DNA of 64,000 nt from Myxococcales bacterium (GTDB lineage: Bacteria > Myxococcota_A > Polyangia > Polyangiales > DASUME01). Position 1 is the first letter of the stretch. Each line of letters opens with the position of its first letter. The stretch is from the NCBI GenBank assembly GCA_047601445.1, contig JASGJH010000001.1, forward strand, positions 9,216,001 through 9,280,000. The letters are read 5' to 3'. The position numbers were made by a program, and so were the translations under genes. The notes below the pieces were generated by a model that had not been told where the DNA came from, searched no databases, and was given only the letters and a program-made list of their open reading frames with translations. Positions 22,216 to 30,944 of the stretch are shown one piece after another.

Positions 22216-23358
22216 ATGGACGAGAGCCAGCGACGCCAGGGACTGAGGCTCGAGCGCGTGCGCGCTTCGAACCAATTCGTGGAAGGCCGTTTCCGTAATC
22301 CGGGTGGCGCTTGGGCCAAGCCATCGGCGCCCTCGCTCTCTGTGATGGGGGAGTTCTTCTTCGGGCGCGGACAGCGCACGCCTCCCGTGCCGCTGCCGGT
22401 GGAGAGCCCCCTCGAGCGCTGGGGGACCAGCGTGCAGAGCGGGCTACGCGCGACGTGGCTCGGGCACAGTACGGTGCTGCTCGAGATGGACGGCAAGCGT
22501 GTGCTCACGGATCCCATCTTCGCCGAACGCAGCTCGCCCGTGAGCTTCGCGGGCCCGCGGCGTTTTCATCGCGTACCCGCCACGGTGGAGGAGCTGCCGC
22601 CGCTCGACGCCGTGCTGCTCTCGCACGATCACTTCGATCATCTGTGCAGCCGCACCATGACTGCGCTCGCCAAGCGCCGCGTGCCCGTGGTGACCGCGCT
22701 GGGCGTCGGGGCTCATCTGGAGCGCTTCGGTGTCGACCCTTCGCGCATCACCGAGCTCGATTGGCACGAGAGCACGGAGGTAGCGGGCATTCGCTTCACG
22801 GCCACGCCTTCGCAGCACTTCTCCGGACGCGGTGGCAGTAGCAATCGCACGCTCTGGGCGTCGTGGGTCATCGCCTCGGCGCGCCGCAAGGTCTTCTTCT
22901 CGGGCGACACGGGCCTCACGCCTGCGTTCCGCGAGATCGGACAGCAGCATGGGCCCTTCGACTTGATCATGTTGGAGGTCGGTGCGTTTCATCCCGCGTG
23001 GGGAGCGATTCACTTGGGCCCGGCCAATGCGCTCACGGCCTTCGAGTGGCTCGGAGGCGGCACGCTCTTGCCGGTGCACTGGGGAACGTTCAACCTGGCC
23101 TTGCACGACTGGGACGAGCCCGCAGAGACATTGTTTGCCCTCGCGAACGAGCGCGGTGCCCGGATCATCACGCCAGGCCTGGGCGCTCCCGTGGAGCCTG
23201 CGCACGTGGAAAGGGCGCACCCGTGGTGGCGAGCCATCTCCGCACGGGGCATCTCCGCACAAGCCACCTCCGCACGAAGCGGCGCACCCGAGCAGCGCGC
23301 AAGCGCGCAAGGCGCGCCGGAAGCCGCCAGCGACGGTCCCGAGGCGTCCCTGCGCTAG
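22216..23358 (+). CDS. MBL-fold metallo-hydrolase (NAPE-PLD/RomA-like)
   Basis: TWLGHST, LTDPIF, SHDHFDH, QHFSGR, FSGDTG, PVHWGTF. Confidence 0.92.
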   Translation: MDESQRRQGLRLERVRASNQFVEGRFRNPGGAWAKPSAPSLSVMGEFFFGRGQRTPPVPLPVESPLERWGTSVQSGLRATWLGHSTVLLEMDGKRVLTDPIFAERSSPVSFAGPRRFHRVPATVEELPPLDAVLLSHDHFDHLCSRTMTALAKRRVPVVTALGVGAHLERFGVDPSRITELDWHESTEVAGIRFTATPSQHFSGRGGSSNRTLWASWVIASARRKVFFSGDTGLTPAFREIGQQHGPFDLIMLEVGAFHPAWGAIHLGPANALTAFEWLGGGTLLPVHWGTFNLALHDWDEPAETLFALANERGARIITPGLGAPVEPAHVERAHPWWRAISARGISAQATSARSGAPEQRASAQGAPEAASDGPEASLR

Positions 23359-23481
23359 CTCACGCCCGAACTCGATGCGAGAGGCTGCAGAGGCGCCCCA
23401 GCAACGGTTGCGGTCGGGACATCCTCGCCCCGCAGCGAAACGTGCTTTGCGTGTGGGCAGGCGGCGTGCACTCTGTGAAGG

Positions 23482-24327
23482 ATGCGCCCGCGAACCGCCA
23501 AGTTCGGGTACGTGCTACTGGCGATGATGCCCGCCGTGCAGTGGCCGGTGTCCGACGGTCTGCGGGATACCGTGAGCTTCGCCGAGGTCCGCAGCAACTT
23601 CTGGGACGGCCTGATCGCTGGCGCGACTGTGCCCGACGGGGGAACCCGTGGCGCGCCCAACCCGCAGGGTACGAACGTCGAAGTCGTCGTGGGCGAGGAC
23701 GCGGGCGCGGAGGAGCTGGAGGACGCAGGGCTACCGGAGGACGCCGGCGCGCAAGCCGTGGGAGAGGACGCTGGCGCGGAGGACGCAGGGGCGGAGGATG
23801 CGGGCGAGGAGGATGCGGGTGACGCGGGCGAGGATGGGGGAGCGACTCCCATGCAAGCGCCCATGCCTCCAGTCGCGGTCGAGGTACGTCCGCCCAAGGG
23901 CAATCTGGTGTTCGGTGATCCCTCGATTTACCAGCTGACGGGTAGCGGCACGGGGTACGGCATCGGACCGGGCAGCACGGGCTACGGCAGCGGGCAGGGG
24001 GCCACGGGCGCCTGGATTGGCCCGGGCAGCACCGGCTTGGGCAGCGGTGAAGGGCACACGGGCGCCGGCATCGGACCGGGCAGCACGGGCTACGGCAGCG
24101 GTCAGGGAGCGACCGGTGACGGCATCGGTCCGAACACTGGCACCAAGGGCTTTGGCACGTGGATCGGCACGGGCGAGGGCTCCAGCACGACGGAGTTCGG
24201 AACCGGCGAGGGCATCGGTCCGAACACGGGGACCAAAGGCTTCGGCACGGGCATCGGCATCGGTCAGGACAGCACCGGGCGCGGCGCCAACGATGGCTTC
24301 TGGGATCGCGACGGCGGCGCGCGCTGA
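23482..24327 (+). CDS. Hypothetical protein with acidic EDAG linker and Gly/Ser/Thr 18-residue repeats
   Basis: GC3-rich ORF; repeats IGPGSTGYGSGQGATG and IGPNTGTKGFGT. Confidence 0.72.
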   Translation: MRPRTAKFGYVLLAMMPAVQWPVSDGLRDTVSFAEVRSNFWDGLIAGATVPDGGTRGAPNPQGTNVEVVVGEDAGAEELEDAGLPEDAGAQAVGEDAGAEDAGAEDAGEEDAGDAGEDGGATPMQAPMPPVAVEVRPPKGNLVFGDPSIYQLTGSGTGYGIGPGSTGYGSGQGATGAWIGPGSTGLGSGEGHTGAGIGPGSTGYGSGQGATGDGIGPNTGTKGFGTWIGTGEGSSTTEFGTGEGIGPNTGTKGFGTGIGIGQDSTGRGANDGFWDRDGGAR

Positions 24328-24329
24328 TC

Positions 24330-24995
24330 TCAGAGCGTGACGTTGAGCGGGATGTTGTGGGTGGCGCCTTCGTTGAGCGTGAGATCGGAGACCGTGATCT
24401 CCGCGCGCTGAGACTTCACCTTGGCCTCGTAGCGCCCGGGCGAGACCGACACGTAGTCCGGGGCGCCCGAGACGAGCTTGGCGACCACCTTGCCGTCCTT
24501 GGTGAGCGAAACGACCGCCGTGGGATTGACTTTGCCCTTGATGGTCACGGTCACGCGCACCAACGAACGCGCGAAGCTCAGGTTCTCGGTGGCTTCCTGG
24601 CCTGGCTCGAGCGTCACGCTCTGGGTCATCGTGGGCAAATCGATGATGGCCTTGGGATCGGTGATGGTGGCTTCGATCAATAGGTCGCCCGATTGCACGT
24701 CGAGCGGCTGCCCGGCTTTGCCCTCGGCCAGCACGTTGCCGTCTTCGCTCATGACCTTCACGTTGGCCGACGCGGTGTCGCGACCGACCTTGGCCACCAC
24801 CGTCAGCTTGGCGGGTCCGCTCGCGGGCTCACTCGGTGCGGCCTGCTCCTCCGCGGCGGCCTCTTCGGCCGGCTCGCTCACGGCTTCGCCGCCCGTCGCG
24901 GCGGCTTCTGGGGCCGGCGTGCTCTCGGGCGCGGCCTTTCCGCCACAGGCCAACAGCAGCAGTCCGAGCCCAACGTTCAGCGTGATGCGCTTCAT
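24330..24995 (-). CDS. Lipoprotein, two probable beta-sandwich domains
   Basis: Lipobox LLAC, Ala/Glu linker, beta-rich body with PGRY motif; AGGGGG RBS. Confidence 0.8.
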   Translation of the reverse strand: MKRITLNVGLGLLLLACGGKAAPESTPAPEAAATGGEAVSEPAEEAAAEEQAAPSEPASGPAKLTVVAKVGRDTASANVKVMSEDGNVLAEGKAGQPLDVQSGDLLIEATITDPKAIIDLPTMTQSVTLEPGQEATENLSFARSLVRVTVTIKGKVNPTAVVSLTKDGKVVAKLVSGAPDYVSVSPGRYEAKVKSQRAEITVSDLTLNEGATHNIPLNVTL

Positions 24996-25043
24996 GATTC
25001 CCCCTGGTCTCCCAGGATAACCCGGCCTCGCCGGGATGGGGCA

Positions 25044-26048
25044 CTACTTCAACGCGCTGACCGGGGCTGGCACGTCCGCAACTTGCCTTGCCAACCAATC
25101 CAGGTTCGGCGCCAGCGCCCAGGGCTGGCGGCCGCTCTGCCACGCTGGATCGAGGCCGTCGTAGCTGGAGCAGTAGGTGTTGGCCTTGTTGAAAAAGTAG
25201 CAGTGGTCGGCGCTGCCGTCGGCGAGCTCCCGGTTCTCGATGATGACCCAGCCGCTGCCGTCTGCTTGCTCGCAGCGCGTGGCATCGGGGCACTGCGCGC
25301 CCACCACTTTCTGCAGCTGCTTGCGCACGCCCGCGCGGTTCCCGCCGAAGAAGAGGTCGGCCTCGCCGTTCACCGAGCGCAGCGCGCGCGGGGCGAGGGA
25401 GGTGCTGGCATCGTCGGCGCAACGGCTCACGTCGATGCTGTTGAGCGCCCGGTCGCCGTGTCCCATCAAGTAGGCCGCGCGCACCTGCGGATGGGCGTTG
25501 CCGGACAGCGCCGCCAAGTTCGCGCCTTGGCTGAAGCCAGCGACCACGATGCCGCGGGTACAGTCGGCCTTCGCGCGCGCGCACAGCTGGCTCAGCGCGC
25601 TGGTCTTGGCGCTGGCGTCGAAGATGCACTTGGCCTTGGCCGTCATGGCGGGGCAATAGGGGTAGGCGGAATTGTCGTAGTCCACCGCCGCCGCCACGAA
25701 ACCGCGCTTGGCCATCTCGTGCGTGATGAGCTGCGCTTCGGGACCGTTGAACTTCATCAGCGTGCCCGTGAGATAGACGAACACGGGGTACTTGCCCTCG
25801 GGCTTGGGCTCGAAGCCTGAGATGTCGCGAGCGCTGGACTTCTCGCTCTCATTGGCAACGCAATCTCGGTAGGCCGCCTGCATCGTGAAGCGAGCGAGCT
25901 TGGCGTCGGCCGTGAGAGCGGGAGCGCGCTGGGCTTCGGCGCCGGCCTCCCAGGGCTTGCCACGCGAGCCGGCTGGCGGGTCGGCGAAGGAGGTGGCGCC
26001 AGGAATGAGTACGGCCAGGATGCACGGGAGCCAGCGCAGGAAACGCAT
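25044..26048 (-). CDS. Secreted alpha/beta hydrolase (esterase/lipase-like)
   Basis: Signal peptide, YPVFVY, GFVAAAVDY, GFSQG nucleophile elbow, multiple Cys. Confidence 0.75.
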   Translation of the reverse strand: MRFLRWLPCILAVLIPGATSFADPPAGSRGKPWEAGAEAQRAPALTADAKLARFTMQAAYRDCVANESEKSSARDISGFEPKPEGKYPVFVYLTGTLMKFNGPEAQLITHEMAKRGFVAAAVDYDNSAYPYCPAMTAKAKCIFDASAKTSALSQLCARAKADCTRGIVVAGFSQGANLAALSGNAHPQVRAAYLMGHGDRALNSIDVSRCADDASTSLAPRALRSVNGEADLFFGGNRAGVRKQLQKVVGAQCPDATRCEQADGSGWVIIENRELADGSADHCYFFNKANTYCSSYDGLDPAWQSGRQPWALAPNLDWLARQVADVPAPVSALK

Positions 26049-26122
26049 CGCGTGAGCTTACCCGGCGCGGACCACGCAGGGCAGGGCGGTCGCTGCCACC
26101 ACAGGCAACTTGGCCCCGTCTA

Positions 26123-27043
26123 TCAAGCGCTTGGCGCCCGTTGTGCGCGCGCGGCGATGGCGAGCGTGGCCGGGGACACCGCCAGGTAGGCGAGGGCCTC
26201 GGCCGTGTCGGCCTCCGCGTCCGGGTGGTAGCTGGGCCGCAGATAGCGCGCGGCGGACCCCAAGAGCAGTCCCATGCTCGGCAAGAGCTGCGCCTTGGCG
26301 GCCCGGTGCCAGTCGAGAAAGACACTGCGGGAGGGCGCCGCGCCGGGCGAGCGACGCAAAAAGTACTGGGTACCACGCGACCACAGCACGAGCAGGATCG
26401 GCGCCACCAAGATCATCAAGATCAAGCGGTACAAATAGCCTCCGCCCATGTGCACGAACAGGTCGTGGGCCACGTGTCGGTGCTCCACCTCCTCTGCGCC
26501 GTGCCAGCGCAGCAGATCCAGCATCACCGGGTCTGCGTTCGCTTCGTCGAGCGCCTTGGCATCGAGCACCCACTTGCCGATCACGCAGGTGAAGTGCTCG
26601 ATGGCCGCGATGACTCCAAGCCTGAACAGCAGCCACTGGCGCACCAGGAAGGGCATGGCGAGCGTGAGCCCGAGCGGGTGCTCACCCAGCAGCTTGGTGA
26701 ACAGCCAGCGCACGCGATCGGTGTAGGGCGCGGTGTCGATGTGGTGCGCTCGATAGTAGTGCTCGAGCACGGCGCGATGAGCCTTGCCGTGGATGGCTTC
26801 CTGCTGGATGAAGCCGCGTACGTCCTGCGCCACCTGTCCATCGGTGATGGCCGGCAGGGCCTTGTTGTAGACCCGGCAGAACCACAGCTCGCCCTCCGGC
26901 AAGAGCAGGTGAAGCACGTTGATGAAGTGCGTCACGAAAGGGTTGCCAGGCAACCAGTGCAGGGGCGTGCGCTGCCAATCGAAACGCACGGGCCTAGCCG
27001 CGAGGAGCGGACGCTCCTCGGCGCGTTCAGTCGCAAGATTCAC
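26123..27043 (-). CDS. Predicted metal-dependent hydrolase (ferritin-like ExxH motifs)
   Basis: LLPEGELWF, GFIQQEAIH, AIEHFT, WHGAEEVEHR, YLRPSYHP. Confidence 0.88.
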   Translation of the reverse strand: MNLATERAEERPLLAARPVRFDWQRTPLHWLPGNPFVTHFINVLHLLLPEGELWFCRVYNKALPAITDGQVAQDVRGFIQQEAIHGKAHRAVLEHYYRAHHIDTAPYTDRVRWLFTKLLGEHPLGLTLAMPFLVRQWLLFRLGVIAAIEHFTCVIGKWVLDAKALDEANADPVMLDLLRWHGAEEVEHRHVAHDLFVHMGGGYLYRLILMILVAPILLVLWSRGTQYFLRRSPGAAPSRSVFLDWHRAAKAQLLPSMGLLLGSAARYLRPSYHPDAEADTAEALAYLAVSPATLAIAARAQRAPSA

Positions 27044-27085
27044 TTGGACCTCCAGTCAGTTCTCGGTGCGAGTGGTACGGGCGAC

Positions 27086-28828
27086 TTACTTTGGAGTCAT
27101 GTCGATGCGGGCCACCATGCGAGATAGGCCCGGGGAAAGGCGCGACATCAAGTGCGCGCCGAGCGCTTCAGCGCCGATCAATGCGACCGGCTGGTTCTTG
27201 CGAATGGCGCGCAGGATGGCGCGCGTGACCTTCTCGGGCGTGAATCCACGCAGCTGGTACAGCCGCTGCGCGTTGTTTCGCCGGCGCGCCTGCTCGCGCG
27301 CGTCCACACCGGTGTAGAGCGTGGCGTTGGCGATGCCGGTCTCCACGAAGCCCGGGCAGGCAGCGCTGACCCCGATGCCGAGCGGCGCGAGCTCGGCGCG
27401 CAGGCACTCGGTGAGCATCAACGTGGCCGCCTTGGTAGTGGCGTAGGCCGGATACGTGCGCGAGGGAGCGAAGGCTGCCGCGGAGGCCACGTTCACGATG
27501 TGGCCGCCATTCCCGAGCTCGGCCATCTGCCTTCCGAACAGGCGTGAGCCATGGATCACGCCCCACAGGTTCACGCGCAAGATGCGCTCCCAGTGCTCGA
27601 CGGAGGTCTCGAGTACGCCGCCCGCCATGCCGATGCCCGCGTTGTTGATCACCACGTCCGGGGTGCCGAGTTGTGCGTGCACCCAGTGCGCGAACTGCTC
27701 CATCGCCTGGGCGTCGCCCACGTCGACCGTGTACGCGTGGGCCTCGGCACCGAGCAGGCGCGCCAGCACCGCGGTGCGCTCGGCGGACGCGGCGTCCACA
27801 TCGGCCGCCACCACGACGCCGCCTTGTTCGGCCACCGCGAGCGCCATGGAGCGTCCGATGCCGGAGCCACCGCCCGTCACCACCACGAGCTTGCCCGAGT
27901 AGGGCTTGAGCTCCGCGCCGACCCGTGCGCGCCGCAGCGGGCCGGACTCGACGCCGCTGTCCACGGAGTTCACGAAGTCGCGCACGTAGTCCGCGACCAG
28001 CCCCGGGTTCTTCAGCGGCAACCAGTGGCCACCTTGCACCTCGCGTCGCCACAGCTGTGGTACCCACGCCGTGAGCTGCTCCGAGAGCGCCGGGCTCACG
28101 TAGAGATCGTCCTGAGGCGCGATGACCTGCACGGGCGCCTGCGCCACGCGGCGGCGCGGGAACAGGAGGGCCCGCAGAAAATTCGCGCGGTACATCGCCA
28201 CGCCCCGTGAGCCGTCGTCGCTCTGTGTCGGCGACGCCTCCGCCTGCACGCGCTCGGTCCACCACAGCAGCCGCGGCCAGAGTCGCGCGAGTCCGAGCCG
28301 CCAGGCGAGGCCCGCCGCCGGCAAGTGGAACGCCATCACGTACCAGGAGCGCACCAGCTGCAGCACGAGCTTGCGCAAGTTGCCGAGGGAAGGGCGGCGC
28401 AGCTGGGCTCGAATCCAGTGCGCGGCGTGGTCCAGGCAGGGGCCGCTGATGGAGGTGAAGGACGCGATGCGTCCCTTGAAATCGCTCGACGTCACCGATT
28501 CCCAGCTGTGGATGGAACCCCAGTCGTGCCCCACCACATGCACCGGGCGCCCGGGACTCACGTGATCGATCACCGCGCGTAGGTCCTGAGTGAACTCGTC
28601 GAGCCGATAGCTCTTGGTGGCCCGCGGTGCGTCCGAGTTGCCCGCGCCGCGCACGTCGAAGGCGACCACGTGGTGATCGCGCGCCAAATCCTCGGCGACC
28701 TTGGTCCACACCGTGTGGGTGTCCGGGTAGCCGTGCACGAGCAGCACCACGGGGCGCCCCGTGTCGCCCCAGCTCACGAGCCGCAGCTTCTGGGCTCCCG
28801 CCCGCAGTTCGGAGGATTGGCCGCTCAT
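27086..28828 (-). CDS. EphD-like fusion: alpha/beta hydrolase plus short-chain dehydrogenase
   Basis: HGYPD and GHDWGS in the N-domain; TGGGSGIG, NNAG, YATTK in the SDR domain; ATG overlaps the upstream stop. Confidence 0.92.
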   Translation of the reverse strand: MSGQSSELRAGAQKLRLVSWGDTGRPVVLLVHGYPDTHTVWTKVAEDLARDHHVVAFDVRGAGNSDAPRATKSYRLDEFTQDLRAVIDHVSPGRPVHVVGHDWGSIHSWESVTSSDFKGRIASFTSISGPCLDHAAHWIRAQLRRPSLGNLRKLVLQLVRSWYVMAFHLPAAGLAWRLGLARLWPRLLWWTERVQAEASPTQSDDGSRGVAMYRANFLRALLFPRRRVAQAPVQVIAPQDDLYVSPALSEQLTAWVPQLWRREVQGGHWLPLKNPGLVADYVRDFVNSVDSGVESGPLRRARVGAELKPYSGKLVVVTGGGSGIGRSMALAVAEQGGVVVAADVDAASAERTAVLARLLGAEAHAYTVDVGDAQAMEQFAHWVHAQLGTPDVVINNAGIGMAGGVLETSVEHWERILRVNLWGVIHGSRLFGRQMAELGNGGHIVNVASAAAFAPSRTYPAYATTKAATLMLTECLRAELAPLGIGVSAACPGFVETGIANATLYTGVDAREQARRRNNAQRLYQLRGFTPEKVTRAILRAIRKNQPVALIGAEALGAHLMSRLSPGLSRMVARIDMTPK

Positions 28829-29691
28829 GGGCCCTGCACCGCGCCGAGGGTCGCGCTCTTTTGACGTTCGTTCCAGCGCTTCACGTGGGGCAGGTCGTCG
28901 TCGAGCCAGTAGGCATCGTGGTCGGTGATCACCAGGATTTCCTCGAACTTGGCGCCGACACCGCGGAAGCCGAGATGGGGCTCCACGGCCCAGAAGCCGA
29001 CCACTGGCGCATGATCGGAGCGCTTGGCGCTCGACCACAGGGGCGACCAACCTTCGCCGCGTCCTTTGCGGGCGTCGGAGGCGAGGCCCGAGAGGGCTTT
29101 GGTTCCGAAGCGCATCAAGTTGAAGCTGCGCTTCTGCGGATCCAGCGCACTCACGCGATGGGCCAGCACCGAGAACGGATAGGCCTTGTGCCGCGGCTCC
29201 ACGCCCTGCTTCATGCACAGCGCATCCACCGCGCGGCTCACCTCGGCCATGCTGCGACGCTCCTTCACCAGCTTCACGATCAGCGCGCGGTGCGCGGCCA
29301 GATCGTCCATCAGTAGATCGAGCGCGGCGTTCTCGCCGAGGCAGCCGCTGTAGCCGATGTCTCCCACCGCCCCGTCCACCGAGGGCGCACAGTCGAGAAT
29401 GAACGGCATGTTTGGCTCGAGCCTGCGGCCGGTGGGGAAGAAGCCCGGATGGAAGCCCCCGAAACCGCGGAAGGCCGTGCGGTCTCCGAACCAGGCGAAG
29501 GGCTGATGGAACCACTCCTTCACGCCGTGATCGAGCAGCCAGCCCTTCATGAACTTGGCGACTTCGCGCTCGGTCATGCCGGGCTTCATCATCGCGACCG
29601 CGGCGGAGGCGCAGTCGTAGGCCAGGCGCTGAGCCCTGCGGAAGCGTTGGAGCTCACTGTTTTCGGGGGCGCTGGGGGCGGTGGCTGCCAT
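28825..29691 (-). CDS. M24 family metallopeptidase-like protein
   Basis: KPGMTERE, metal-ligand pattern D (ILDC), D (GDIG), H (LAHR), E (VEPH), E (KFEE). Confidence 0.85.
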   Translation of the reverse strand: MAATAPSAPENSELQRFRRAQRLAYDCASAAVAMMKPGMTEREVAKFMKGWLLDHGVKEWFHQPFAWFGDRTAFRGFGGFHPGFFPTGRRLEPNMPFILDCAPSVDGAVGDIGYSGCLGENAALDLLMDDLAAHRALIVKLVKERRSMAEVSRAVDALCMKQGVEPRHKAYPFSVLAHRVSALDPQKRSFNLMRFGTKALSGLASDARKGRGEGWSPLWSSAKRSDHAPVVGFWAVEPHLGFRGVGAKFEEILVITDHDAYWLDDDLPHVKRWNERQKSATLGAVQGP

Positions 29692-29725
29692 GGGGGACCT
29701 CGTTCCGTGCGGGGCGCGTGAGAAG

Positions 29726-29754
29726 TTACTTGAGAGTAAGTTACTTGCGGGTAA
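29726..29754. promoter_or_regulatory. Tandem palindromic operator (2 x TTAC-N6-GTAA), probable TetR site
   Basis: TTACTTGAGAGTAA (29726-29739) and TTACTTGCGGGTAA (29741-29754) in an AT-rich island between divergent genes. Confidence 0.75.
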
Positions 29755-29765
29755 TATCGTGTCAA
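29738..29765 (-). promoter_or_regulatory. Putative sigma-70 promoter of the M24/EphD-like operon
   Basis: Minus strand TTGACA-N16-TAACTT overlapping the operators. Confidence 0.55.
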
Positions 29766-29811
29766 GGCCTTGCTCGCCAGGGCTCCAAAATCCAAGGTGG
29801 TCTGCTCCGAG

Positions 29812-30495
29812 ATGTCCAACCAGCCTCGCTCGTCTGCCCGCACCCCATCCTCACGCGCTTCGTCTGCCCGTCAGCGCCGTTTGCCGCGCGCCGAGCGCGA
29901 GCTGCAAATGCTCGAGGTCGCCGGCAAGCTGTTCGGGGAGAAGGGCTACGACGCCACCTCCATGGACGACATCGCCGCCGCCTGCGGCGTGACCAAGCCG
30001 ATGCTCTACGCCTACTACGGCTCGAAAGAGGGGCTCTACAAGGCGCTGGTCGCCCGTGCCGGCACGTACGTCGTCACCGCCATCACGGAGCTCACTGCCG
30101 AGAAGGATCCGCGCGCTCGCATGCACAAGGCGGCCGACTCCATGATCGCCTTCGTCGACAAGTACCGCGACAGTTGGCAGATGGTGTTCACCGGCGGCAA
30201 GCGCCTGCAGGAGCTGCCCAACATCGCCGTCTTCCGCGAGCAGGTGCTCAATGTCACCTGCGCGACGCTCGCGCAGTTTCGGCCCAAGGAGTTCCCCAAG
30301 GATCGCGCGCGCAAGCTCGTGGTGCCCTACGCCCACGTGTTCTTGGGAGCGGCCGAAGCGGGCGCCCAGTGGTGGTTGACGACGCCTGGGGTCACCATCC
30401 CCGAGGTGAAGAAGCTCGCCTCCGACGTGATCGAGTCCACCATCGCCATGGTGAAGGCCCAGCTAAGTGCGGCGCACAGCGAGTCGACTTCCTGA
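29812..30495 (+). CDS. TetR/AcrR family transcriptional regulator
   Basis: LFGEKGYDATSMDDIAAACGVTKPMLYAYYGSKEGL HTH. Confidence 0.95.
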   Translation: MSNQPRSSARTPSSRASSARQRRLPRAERELQMLEVAGKLFGEKGYDATSMDDIAAACGVTKPMLYAYYGSKEGLYKALVARAGTYVVTAITELTAEKDPRARMHKAADSMIAFVDKYRDSWQMVFTGGKRLQELPNIAVFREQVLNVTCATLAQFRPKEFPKDRARKLVVPYAHVFLGAAEAGAQWWLTTPGVTIPEVKKLASDVIESTIAMVKAQLSAAHSESTS

Positions 30496-30535
30496 GCCCG
30501 CGTAAGGGCGGAGCTTCGCTGGCGGATGCCGCGAC

Positions 30536-30940
30536 TCAGGAGCCGGACAGTGCCTGCATGATCTCGGCGCGCGTGTCCTCACTCAACGGCCCGAGGCCCT
30601 CGAGCGGCATCAAGGCGACACTCGAGCGATCCGGCACGCGCTCGAGCAGCTTGCGCAGCGCCGGCATGCCCTGTCCGTGCACGAACACCCAGTCCGCGCC
30701 GATCACGTCTCCGCTCTCGGCGGTGACCTCGGCGAGCGTCTTTTGGCGGTTGGTGCCCGTGATCAGAGTGAAAGAGAGCTGGCCTGAATCTTCCCAGGCG
30801 TAGAGCTCGTATCCCTTGAAGGCGCTGGGCAGCACGCCCGCGTCGTCGGCGTGCTCCTCGGAGGCAGGGCCGAGCCCCGAGTCGGGCGCATGAGCCTGGC
30901 AGGCTCCGAGCACCAGACAAAGCCATGCACGCGCCAGCAC
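30536..30940 (-). CDS. Small lipoprotein, unknown function
   Basis: GTG start with GGAG RBS just after the murA stop; lipobox LGAC; KGYELYAW...GTNRQKT. Confidence 0.65.
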   Translation of the reverse strand: MLARAWLCLVLGACQAHAPDSGLGPASEEHADDAGVLPSAFKGYELYAWEDSGQLSFTLITGTNRQKTLAEVTAESGDVIGADWVFVHGQGMPALRKLLERVPDRSSVALMPLEGLGPLSEDTRAEIMQALSGS

Positions 30941-30944
30941 GCCC

